From contig JBBIRR010000040.1 in the NCBI GenBank assembly GCA_037441705.1, forward strand, positions 1-35,634: a stretch of 35,634 nt of DNA, written 5' to 3'. Both the position numbers and the translations under genes were made by a program. The DNA is from Ignavibacteriales bacterium (GTDB lineage: Bacteria; Bacteroidota; Ignavibacteria; UBA10030; UBA6906). The notes beneath the pieces were generated by a model. It was not told the DNA's origin. It did not search any database and saw only the letters and a program-made list of their open reading frames with translations. Shown one piece after another: positions 11,789 to 19,963 of this stretch. Every line of letters begins with the position of its first letter. Positions within the stretch are counted from its first letter, which is position 1.

Positions 11789-13751
11789 ATTGCTGATGGG
11801 AGTGCTGCTCATCGGTTCATACGATGAAGTCGCTGCGCAGCACGCAATGCAAGAGAAGGGCGAACGATGCCTCGCTCGTGTCGTTGCTCCGCCGGTGATG
11901 GATGCGTACGAAGGCCCCCAGCCTTTCGATATGCTGCATTACAACCTTGCGCTCAAGCTTGCTATGACAACCGATGCGCTGGAAGGTCGGTGCGAGATGA
12001 CGATGCGGCTCAAGCGTAATGTTGACTCGCTCGTCCTCCATGCCGTCGGACTTGCCCTGGACACGATTCGAGTGGATGGAGTTGTCCGATCAGCAGTACT
12101 CGATACGACGCAGGAAACATTCACGATCCTCCTTAACGGCACGCGCACCGCCGGAGAAACGCTGCGCGTGGTTGTTGATTACAGACGTCTGCAAGGATAT
12201 CGCCGGCCCAGTTCACGCCAGGGATATTACTTTTTCAGAGATACGATCGGGCTTCCGGCAAATCTCGGCTACACCTTCTCGGAGCCGTCCGATGCGCGCT
12301 TCTGGCTGCCCTGCTACGATGAGCCGTGGGAAAAAGCGACCGCCGAGATGCATCTGACCGTCCCGACGGGCTACGTGGCCGCTTCCAACGGCAAGCTGCT
12401 CGGCACGACCGACAACGGCAACGGAACGATCACCTGGCATTGGCGCCAGAATCAACCCATCGCCTCTTATCTTATGTGCATAACCGCGTCGCGCTTCAGC
12501 GTTGCCAGTCTCCCTTACGTCACGTCAACAGGCGATACGATTCCTCTCCAGTACTACGCGTGGAACGCTCCGCCGTTCGTGGACTCGGCGTGGACGGCAA
12601 GCTTCCTGCCCACCGTCCGACAGATGATGACAGCATTCGCATCGCGCTTCGGCGAGTATCCGTTCGACAAGTACGGCATGACGGCGATCGTCCCGTTCGG
12701 ATATCTCGGCATGGAACATCAAACGCTCACGACGATGAATCGCTACTTTGCCGCGAGCCATCGCGTCGTATCGCACGAACTTGCCCATCAGTGGTGGGGT
12801 GATGACGTGACCTGCGGGACGTGGAGGGACATCTGGCTCAACGAGGGCTTCGCGACCTACGGCGAGGCACTGTGGCGAGAGTTTACGGGCGGCCCGGACT
12901 CACTCAAGAAGTACATGCGTGATACGCTTGCAACATTTCAGTTTGTGTCGTGGCAAGGGGCCGTCTTTGATCCCGTAGGGCAAGGATTCAATCTGTTCGA
13001 TCAGGTGGTGTACACGAAAGCGGCGTGGGTGCTGCATACCCTGCGCGGCGTTGTGGGTGATTCGATCTTCTTTCGCATTCTGCGCGCCTACCGCCAGAAG
13101 TACACGGGCCAGAGCGCTATCACGTTGGAGCTGGCAGGCGTTGCCGATTCCGTTGTCGGCAGCGACATGCGGTGGTTTTTTGATCAATGGATTTTCGGGC
13201 GCGGCTGGCCGAAGTACGCGTCGCGCTTCGTCTGGGCGAGCGATACGCTCACGCTCACCATTCAGCAGCAGCAGGAGGCAACGTGGCCCACGTTCAAAAT
13301 GCCGATGTGCGTGCGCGCTTATCACGGGCTTCAGTTCACCGACTTCGTCGTGTGGGATAGCATGCGTGTCCAGTCGTTCCGCTTCCCGCTCACGTTCCAG
13401 CCCGATAGCGTTGTGCTCGATCCCGACGGCTGGATTCTGAAGCAGATTGTCGCATTCACGGATGTTGCCGAGGAGCGCAAGCAACCGGAAGAGTTCCGGT
13501 TGGATCAGAACTATCCCAATCCCTTTAACCCTGCTACAACGATCGGATTCAGGATTCAGGGTTCAGGATTCACGTCGCTGAAGGTCTTCGATATTCTCGG
13601 TCAGGAAGTCGCAACGTTGGTGAGTGAGGAATTGACACCGGGACGTTATGAGGTGAGGTGGGATGCGGGAGCGCTTGCAGGCGGCGTTTACCTGTACCGA
13701 TTGCAGTCCGGTCATTTCACGCAGACACGCAAACTTGTTTTGCTTCGATAG
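11772..13751 (+). CDS. Secreted M1 family aminopeptidase with T9SS-type C-terminal sorting domain
   Basis: Signal peptide, ARFWLPCYDEP, GMEH (GAMEN-like), HELAH...WLNEGFATY, and C-terminal QNYPNPFNP...GVYLYRL...RKLVLLR. Confidence 0.92.
   Translation: MKSLSRLLMGVLLIGSYDEVAAQHAMQEKGERCLARVVAPPVMDAYEGPQPFDMLHYNLALKLAMTTDALEGRCEMTMRLKRNVDSLVLHAVGLALDTIRVDGVVRSAVLDTTQETFTILLNGTRTAGETLRVVVDYRRLQGYRRPSSRQGYYFFRDTIGLPANLGYTFSEPSDARFWLPCYDEPWEKATAEMHLTVPTGYVAASNGKLLGTTDNGNGTITWHWRQNQPIASYLMCITASRFSVASLPYVTSTGDTIPLQYYAWNAPPFVDSAWTASFLPTVRQMMTAFASRFGEYPFDKYGMTAIVPFGYLGMEHQTLTTMNRYFAASHRVVSHELAHQWWGDDVTCGTWRDIWLNEGFATYGEALWREFTGGPDSLKKYMRDTLATFQFVSWQGAVFDPVGQGFNLFDQVVYTKAAWVLHTLRGVVGDSIFFRILRAYRQKYTGQSAITLELAGVADSVVGSDMRWFFDQWIFGRGWPKYASRFVWASDTLTLTIQQQQEATWPTFKMPMCVRAYHGLQFTDFVVWDSMRVQSFRFPLTFQPDSVVLDPDGWILKQIVAFTDVAEERKQPEEFRLDQNYPNPFNPATTIGFRIQGSGFTSLKVFDILGQEVATLVSEELTPGRYEVRWDAGALAGGVYLYRLQSGHFTQTRKLVLLR
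13545..13572 (+). repeat. Heptamer tandem repeat (GGATTCA)x4, one unit imperfect, inside the M1 peptidase CTD
   Basis: GGATTCA GGATTCA GGGTTCA GGATTCA read directly. Confidence 0.9.
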
Positions 13752-13759
13752 GAGTCGTA

Positions 13760-14161
13760 ATGCACAAACGCCTTACGCATGTCGGCATTGCCGTCAAAGA
13801 TCTCGATCAGTCAGCGACGCTGTTTGCCAGACTTTTTGGCCAACAGCCGGATCACACCGAAGCAGTTGCCGACCAGAAGGTAAAGGTCGCCTTCTTCCGC
13901 ATCGGTGAAGGAGGCATCGAGTTGCTCGAGGCCACTTCTCCCGACTCGCCGATTGCCCGCTTCATCGAAAGGCGAGGCGAGGGCGTCCATCATCTTTCCT
14001 TTGAAGTGGACGACATCGAGGCCGAGATTGCGCGGCTGACCGCCGAAGGCTTTCAGATGGTGGACGAGAAACCGAGAATCGGCGCTGATGGATACCGCGT
14101 CGCATTTCTGCATCCAAAATCCACCAACGGCGTGCTGATTGAAATCAGCGAGAAGGATTGA
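13760..14161 (+). CDS. mce: Methylmalonyl-CoA epimerase (VOC family)
   Basis: HVGIAVKDL, IELLE, GEGVHHLSFEVDDI and FLHPKSTNGVLIE. ATG follows AGGAG, which overlaps the upstream stop. Confidence 0.93.
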   Translation: MHKRLTHVGIAVKDLDQSATLFARLFGQQPDHTEAVADQKVKVAFFRIGEGGIELLEATSPDSPIARFIERRGEGVHHLSFEVDDIEAEIARLTAEGFQMVDEKPRIGADGYRVAFLHPKSTNGVLIEISEKD

Positions 14162-14254
14162 GCGGTTGCAAGTCGGAATGGCTTTGGCTATCTTTTCCTC
14201 AGAGATCGGAAGAAGACGGAGAGCAGCGCCGGGATGAAGAAGGAGACAGAAGGC

Positions 14255-14812
14255 ATGCATCCAACACTTGACAACAAGAAGCTTACGTACGACGATCTGC
14301 TGCAGTATGGGGAGACACACCAGCGCGTCGAACTAATTGACGGAGAACTCATCATAACCGCTGCGATGCCCCATTATGAACACCAGTATGCCGTCGGTGA
14401 AATTTTTGCGATGCTCCGCGACTACGTGAAGCGGCATGCGATGGGAACCGTCGTCGGCAGCCCGATGGACATAGTTCTGGAAGACGGCACGGTCGCACAA
14501 CCCGACCTTTTCTTCATCTCCAACAAACGTGCTCATATCAATGCAGGGTCAAAGCTGACCGCCGTTCCCGATCTGGTTGTTGAGGTTCTCTCGCCGGCAA
14601 CGGAGAAGATCGATCGCGGCGCCAAGTTCAACGCGTATGCCCGCGGCGGAGCGGCAGAATACTGGATCGTCTCAACGAAGCAAAAAGAGATCGAGGTGTA
14701 TGTGAATCAAGGCTCGGCGTTCCGACTGATGAAGATCTTCCGGGCAGGTGAGTCATTGAACTCGACGTTGTTTCCCGATATTGATTTGAATGTGCGGGAA
14801 GTCTTTGTATAG
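14255..14812 (+). CDS. Uma2 family (PD-(D/E)XK-like) endonuclease
   Basis: ELIDGELI, H-Q, QPDLFFI, PDLVVEVLSP, DRGAK...Y and EYWIV motifs. AGGAG precedes ATG 14255 (alternative start 14234). Confidence 0.9.
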   Translation: MHPTLDNKKLTYDDLLQYGETHQRVELIDGELIITAAMPHYEHQYAVGEIFAMLRDYVKRHAMGTVVGSPMDIVLEDGTVAQPDLFFISNKRAHINAGSKLTAVPDLVVEVLSPATEKIDRGAKFNAYARGGAAEYWIVSTKQKEIEVYVNQGSAFRLMKIFRAGESLNSTLFPDIDLNVREVFV

Positions 14813-14941
14813 AGAAAGGGTGTCGCCGGAGCAAGACGCATGATAATGATCCGAAAGCACATCCGGCGTCTCTGCATGATAAAAGCATCGCGCAAACAAG
14901 TGCCAGCCCTTTAGAGGTTGGCTTTTCCTTTTTCGAACCAC

Positions 14942-16837
14942 GTGGAACATCAAGCCCTCACCATAAGCATCAGCGGCGAAGCTGCAACGCTCGAAGAAAA
15001 GCTCGAGGCGCTGCCGGTAGGTCCGGGCGTGTATCAGCACAAGGATGCTGAGGGAAAAGTCCTCTACGTGGGCAAGGCGAAGAACTTGCGCAGCCGGGTC
15101 CGACAGTACTTCCAGAAATCCCGCGGCGTTGATCCACGCATCGAGCGCATGCTCAGCAAAGCGACGGATGTCGAGGTGATCGTCACCGACTCGGAAGTCG
15201 AAGCATTGATCCTCGAAGCCAACCTGATCAAGAAACTCAAGCCTCGCTACAACGTCAATCTCAAGGACGACAAGAGTTATCCATACATCGTGATCACGAA
15301 TGAGCCGTATCCTCGGGTGTTTGTAACGCGGCAGATTCGCCGAGACGGTTCACGCTACTTCGGACCGTACACCGACGTGAAGAACGTCCGCGCTGCGCTG
15401 AAGACGGTACGCGACATCTTTCGCATTCGCAGTTGCAATTACTTTATTGATGATGAGGTGATCAAGAAGCGGAAGATCAGAGTCTGCCTCGACTACCACA
15501 TCAAGAAATGCGACGGGCCCTGTGAGGGACTGATCTCGGAGGCGCAATATCGGGCGATGATTGACCAGGTGGCAGCGCTGCTGCAGGGAAAGACGGAAAC
15601 GCTCATCCAGATGCTGCGTGAAGAAATGGAACGACTTGCCGCCGCGATGAAATTCGAGGAGGCGGCGGTGCTGCGCGACCGCATCAAGGGGCTGGAGGCC
15701 TATTCCGAAAAGCAGAAAGCGGTTGCGCTCGATCCCATCGATAGGGACATCGTCGCCAGTGTGGCCGCGGGAGACGATGCGTGCGGCGTTGTGTTCAAAA
15801 TCCGGGACGGGAAGATGATCGGGCGGCAGCATTATTACATGAGCAACGTGGAAGGAAAGTCCGACGGCGAAATCCTTGAAACTCTCCTCCAGCAATATTA
15901 TCTTGAGGCTGATTTCATTCCGAAAGAAATCTTTCTCTCTTCACCCATTGAGAACACAGAGGCGATGCAGCGCTGGCTGACGGATAAGCGCGGCGACGCC
16001 GTTACCCTTACGTGTCCGACCGAAGGAGAAGAAGCAAAACTCGTCCGTCTCTCGCAGAGCAACGCGAAGTTTCTTCTCGATGAGTTGAAGATTCAAAAGA
16101 TGAAGCGTGCGGATTATGTGCCGCACGCCGTGAAAGCCCTGCAGCGCGACCTGCGGCTGCCGCGCTTGCCCCGGCGCATCGAGTGCTTCGACAACTCCAA
16201 CATTCAGGGGACTGATCCCGTTGCGTCCATGGTGGTATTCGTGGACGGCAAGCCGAAGAAGAGTGAGTACCGCAAATTCAAGATCAAGTCCGTTGTCGGG
16301 CCGGATGATTTTGCCAGCATGCGCGAGGTCATCGAGCGGCGGTACACGCGCGTGGTGAACGAGGGCCTTGAGCGCCCCGATCTCATCATGGTCGATGGGG
16401 GAAAGGGGCAACTCTCCAGCGCTCTGGATGTGCTGGCCAAACTCGGCATGCACGATCAGCCGATTATCGGGCTTGCGAAGCGTCTCGAAGAAGTGTTCGT
16501 GCCCGGCAAGAGTGAACCCGAAGCGATTCCGAAAACGTCCTCGGGGCTGCGTCTGTTGCAGCAGATTCGCGATGAAGCGCATCGGTTTGCGGTGACCTTC
16601 CATCGCTCGCTGCGCACGAAGCGAACGCTGCAGACCGAACTTGATCTGATTGCAGGTGTTGGCAAGAAGCGAGCGCAGGAGTTGCTCGAAGCGTTCGGTT
16701 CCGTGCAGGGAGTGAAGTTTGCGACGCCCGAACAGATCGCCGAAGTTGTCGGCGAAAAGGTCGCAGCCAAAATTGTTGAATACTTTGCCGCATCCGATCA
16801 GGAGCAGATCGACACCAACGCATCCTCGGTGAACTGA
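14942..16837 (+). CDS. uvrC: Excinuclease ABC subunit C
   Basis: GIY-YIG (PGVY...LYVGKAKNLR), Cys cluster (CLDYHIKKCDGPC), UVR domain (FEEAAVLRD), RIECFDNS, VDGGKGQ, IRDEAHRFA and HhH. Start is GTG 14942 or TTG 14918. Confidence 0.98.
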   Translation: MEHQALTISISGEAATLEEKLEALPVGPGVYQHKDAEGKVLYVGKAKNLRSRVRQYFQKSRGVDPRIERMLSKATDVEVIVTDSEVEALILEANLIKKLKPRYNVNLKDDKSYPYIVITNEPYPRVFVTRQIRRDGSRYFGPYTDVKNVRAALKTVRDIFRIRSCNYFIDDEVIKKRKIRVCLDYHIKKCDGPCEGLISEAQYRAMIDQVAALLQGKTETLIQMLREEMERLAAAMKFEEAAVLRDRIKGLEAYSEKQKAVALDPIDRDIVASVAAGDDACGVVFKIRDGKMIGRQHYYMSNVEGKSDGEILETLLQQYYLEADFIPKEIFLSSPIENTEAMQRWLTDKRGDAVTLTCPTEGEEAKLVRLSQSNAKFLLDELKIQKMKRADYVPHAVKALQRDLRLPRLPRRIECFDNSNIQGTDPVASMVVFVDGKPKKSEYRKFKIKSVVGPDDFASMREVIERRYTRVVNEGLERPDLIMVDGGKGQLSSALDVLAKLGMHDQPIIGLAKRLEEVFVPGKSEPEAIPKTSSGLRLLQQIRDEAHRFAVTFHRSLRTKRTLQTELDLIAGVGKKRAQELLEAFGSVQGVKFATPEQIAEVVGEKVAAKIVEYFAASDQEQIDTNASSVN

Positions 16838-16891
16838 TCCGCTTCTGACCGAGATAGCTTTCTTATCCGTTCCTTTCCATAGAGGTGTCCC

Positions 16892-19678
16892 ATGAAAACC
16901 GCGTCCGTGTTTGTGTGGTTGGTGTGTGCGGTGCAGTTTGCTGTTGCACAAGGTTTCTATCGCGTTCATTCCCCCAACGGCAGCGATGTGTGGGCCGTCG
17001 GCAAACAGGGGGCGATCTGGCATTCGCTGGACGGCGGCCTCACGTGGTCGGCGGTGCAGCAGGGCACGCAAAGTTTCCGGGGCGTCACGACGCGCGGCAC
17101 GCTCGTCTGGATTGTGGGAGACGGCGGCACGGCCTACCGCAGCACCAACGCGGGCGGCTCATGGTCGGCCATGCCCACAGGTTCTGTGCAGGGATTTCGC
17201 GCGGTGGCGTTTCCCACCGGCACGCACGGGTGGATCGCCGGAGAGTTCGGTACGATTCTCAAGACAAGCGACGGCGGACTTTCGTGGGTCGCGCTTCAAT
17301 CCGGGACACTCGAGCATGTGAACGCGCTTGCCTTCGCCGATTCGATGCAGGGCTTCGCGGCTTGCGAGAGCGGAACCCTGCTCAAGACGACGGATGGCGG
17401 TGCGACATGGAACCCTACGGGCGGAGCAGGATGGCAGGCGCGTCTCACGGCAGTTGCCGTTCGTGGACAGACCGTGATGGTCACAGGACTCGATGCCTTT
17501 TGTGCAAAGAGCACCAACGGGGGAGCGTCGTGGACGTTGCTCAATTTCAACACGGACTCCAGGTCCGACGTCAACGGCGTCTTCATGCTCGATGAGCAGC
17601 GTGCCTTCTTCATCGGCGGCGGCGGCTACATCCGACGCAGTACCAACGCGGGAGCGACCTTCACCTGGGCGATGCATCCGCTACACGCGCCGGTGAGCGA
17701 CGTGTTCTTCTACGATTCGCTGCGCGGATGGGTGTGCTCGGAGAAATTCAACGTGGTGATCAGAACAACCGACGGCGGAACGACCTGGCTTCTGCCGCAA
17801 GGAACTACCGTCAATGTTACCTGGCAGCAAAAGCTCTCCGCCGGGGGCGCCATCGGGATGGGGATGGCGATCAATCCATGGGACAAGAACAAGATTTATG
17901 TCGCGCTCGGCCGGTTCATCTACATGAGCGCCGATCGCGGCGAAACGTGGGTGCAAACCTCAACCATCGCTCCGACGAGCGGCTCGACTCATTCCTTCTA
18001 CATCTCTCCCAAAGATACAAACGTGTATGTCGCGGCATTCACCGGTGGAGGTGATCATATTCGCCAGAGTAAAGATCGCGGACGGACGTGGATTACGACT
18101 ATCAGTCGCGCTTTCAGCGCCTTTGGAATGCCGTTGGAGATGGACGGCTCGCATCCCGACACGCTCTACTTCGCGCCGGAGGATGGTCACGTGTACCGCT
18201 CGACGGATTTCGGCAGCAACTGGACGGACCTTGGGCCGAAGGGCTTCACCAGTCCATGCGACATTGCCGTGGTGCGCGATAGTGCCAATATCGTGTACGT
18301 TGGCGACAGCGGGCCTTCGCGCATTTCTCGCTCGACCGACGGCGGTCAAACGTGGTCGTTGATCTACAACGGCTCCAGCTCCGAAATCCCCACGATTGCA
18401 GTCAGCAGCCTGTACAACCATGTCGGCTATGCAACTTCCTGGGGTTCCGGCGGCGTTCAAAAAACGGTGAACTACGGTGCAGGATGGTCGCAAGCCACCA
18501 GCACCGGCTCGGCGTGGGGGGTGGATATTGCCAAGGATGATCCGAACGTTGTCATGTTTGGTGTGTACGGCGGCGGGCAATCGTATCTCTCCACCAATGC
18601 AGGCGCAACGTTCACGTCGGCAGCGCTGTCGGGATCGAACTACGGGATTCTTGCATACGACCGCGCCACCTTCATCGCCGAACAGAGCGGCGGCATGTAT
18701 AAGCTTGCGATCACGTACATCGTGCCGACAAACAACCAGCAAACCGTTGGCTTGATTGCTCCGAACGGCGGCGAAAGCTGGAACTATGGCTCTGTTCGGA
18801 ACATCACGTGGGTGGCAAGCAACTTCACCGACGTCAGGATTGAGTACAGGACTTCTCCAACATCGGCCTGGCAAACGATTGCAGCGAGCGTCCCGGCTGC
18901 GACGGGTTTCTATGCCTGGACAATCCCCAACGATCCCACAACTCAAGCACGTGTTCGTATCAGCGACGCGTCTGATGGAACGCCGAGCGATACCAGCGAC
19001 GGCCCCTTCTCCATCACGGTTCCGTCCATCGCCCTCACGCCGACGTCACTTGCCTTTGGCGATGTGCGTGTGAATCAAACGCGGCGTGATACGGTGCGGA
19101 TCTCCAACAGCGGCACGGCCCCGCTGGTCGTTTCGAGCGCAACAACACAGACTTCGTACTTCGCCGCAGGAAGAACTTCGTTCACGATTGCTCCGGGAAC
19201 CTCCGATACGCTCGGCGTGACGTTCATGCCGACGGCGGTGCAGAACTATGCGGATACGCTTCGCCTTGCCACCAATACGCCGAGCGGCGTGGTCAGCATC
19301 CCCCTCTCCGGCACGGGAATCCCCCCAACCAGCGTTGGGCAACCGTTTGCGTTACCCACATCGTACGTTCTCGAGCAGAACTTCCCCAATCCGTTCAATC
19401 CATCAACACAAATACGCTACGGACTTCCAAAGGAAAGCGTCGTCCGGCTGAGCATCTACAATACACTCGGCCAGGAAATCGCTCAGCTCGTCGACGATGT
19501 GCAGGAAGCAGGCTGGCATGTGGTGGAATTTTCGTCTTCGCGGATTGGAAAGGAAGTAGCATCGGGTGTGTACTACTACCGGCTGTCCGCCGCGCCAACG
19601 GACCGAGGAGACCTCGTTCAGAAGAATGGGCACGCGCGTGATTTTGTGAAGACGATGAAGTTAGTGTTGATAAAGTAA
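16892..19678 (+). CDS. Secreted double beta-propeller (YCF48/BNR Asp-box) protein with Ig-like and ASH-like domains and T9SS-type CTD
   Basis: Signal peptide and about 13 Asp-box motifs (S/T-x-D/N-GG-x-T/S-W). APNGGESW...ITW Ig-like domain, LAFGDV...ISNSGTAPL domain, QNFPNPFNP. Confidence 0.85.
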   Translation: MKTASVFVWLVCAVQFAVAQGFYRVHSPNGSDVWAVGKQGAIWHSLDGGLTWSAVQQGTQSFRGVTTRGTLVWIVGDGGTAYRSTNAGGSWSAMPTGSVQGFRAVAFPTGTHGWIAGEFGTILKTSDGGLSWVALQSGTLEHVNALAFADSMQGFAACESGTLLKTTDGGATWNPTGGAGWQARLTAVAVRGQTVMVTGLDAFCAKSTNGGASWTLLNFNTDSRSDVNGVFMLDEQRAFFIGGGGYIRRSTNAGATFTWAMHPLHAPVSDVFFYDSLRGWVCSEKFNVVIRTTDGGTTWLLPQGTTVNVTWQQKLSAGGAIGMGMAINPWDKNKIYVALGRFIYMSADRGETWVQTSTIAPTSGSTHSFYISPKDTNVYVAAFTGGGDHIRQSKDRGRTWITTISRAFSAFGMPLEMDGSHPDTLYFAPEDGHVYRSTDFGSNWTDLGPKGFTSPCDIAVVRDSANIVYVGDSGPSRISRSTDGGQTWSLIYNGSSSEIPTIAVSSLYNHVGYATSWGSGGVQKTVNYGAGWSQATSTGSAWGVDIAKDDPNVVMFGVYGGGQSYLSTNAGATFTSAALSGSNYGILAYDRATFIAEQSGGMYKLAITYIVPTNNQQTVGLIAPNGGESWNYGSVRNITWVASNFTDVRIEYRTSPTSAWQTIAASVPAATGFYAWTIPNDPTTQARVRISDASDGTPSDTSDGPFSITVPSIALTPTSLAFGDVRVNQTRRDTVRISNSGTAPLVVSSATTQTSYFAAGRTSFTIAPGTSDTLGVTFMPTAVQNYADTLRLATNTPSGVVSIPLSGTGIPPTSVGQPFALPTSYVLEQNFPNPFNPSTQIRYGLPKESVVRLSIYNTLGQEIAQLVDDVQEAGWHVVEFSSSRIGKEVASGVYYYRLSAAPTDRGDLVQKNGHARDFVKTMKLVLIK

Positions 19679-19788
19679 CGCCGTTCTTTCGAACTTCACA
19701 GCGCCGTGACTCGCTCGTCAGAGTAGTCCCGGCGTTGTGATGTGTCGGCGTTCGAAGCGTGGGTGGCTTTCGTTTGCTGCAAAAATTC

Positions 19789-19817
19789 TTGCATCTCGCT
19801 GCAATCCTTCTTACTTT
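19789..19817 (+). promoter_or_regulatory. Putative sigma70 promoter of the large beta-helix gene
   Basis: TTGCAT-17 bp-TACTTT preceded by an A-tract (AAAAATT). Confidence 0.55.
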
Positions 19818-19963
19818 CTCAAGGGGCTAAAGATTCGAGACGCGCAGAAACGCCCGTCTGCGGTACAATCTTCCCGTGTCGCGCGCAGCAAGACTCTCCC
19901 TCAAACTCTCCTGCGTGCACGCCCTGCTTCAACCACATATCAACCAACGAAAGGAGCCATGCG

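Noticed and set aside
19742-19963. N-terminal ORF extensions (also 10640-10879, 13658-13759, 27363-27440)
   Set aside because: Downstream starts have SDs, signal peptides or domain boundaries, and the extensions contain promoter-like or other-gene sequence.
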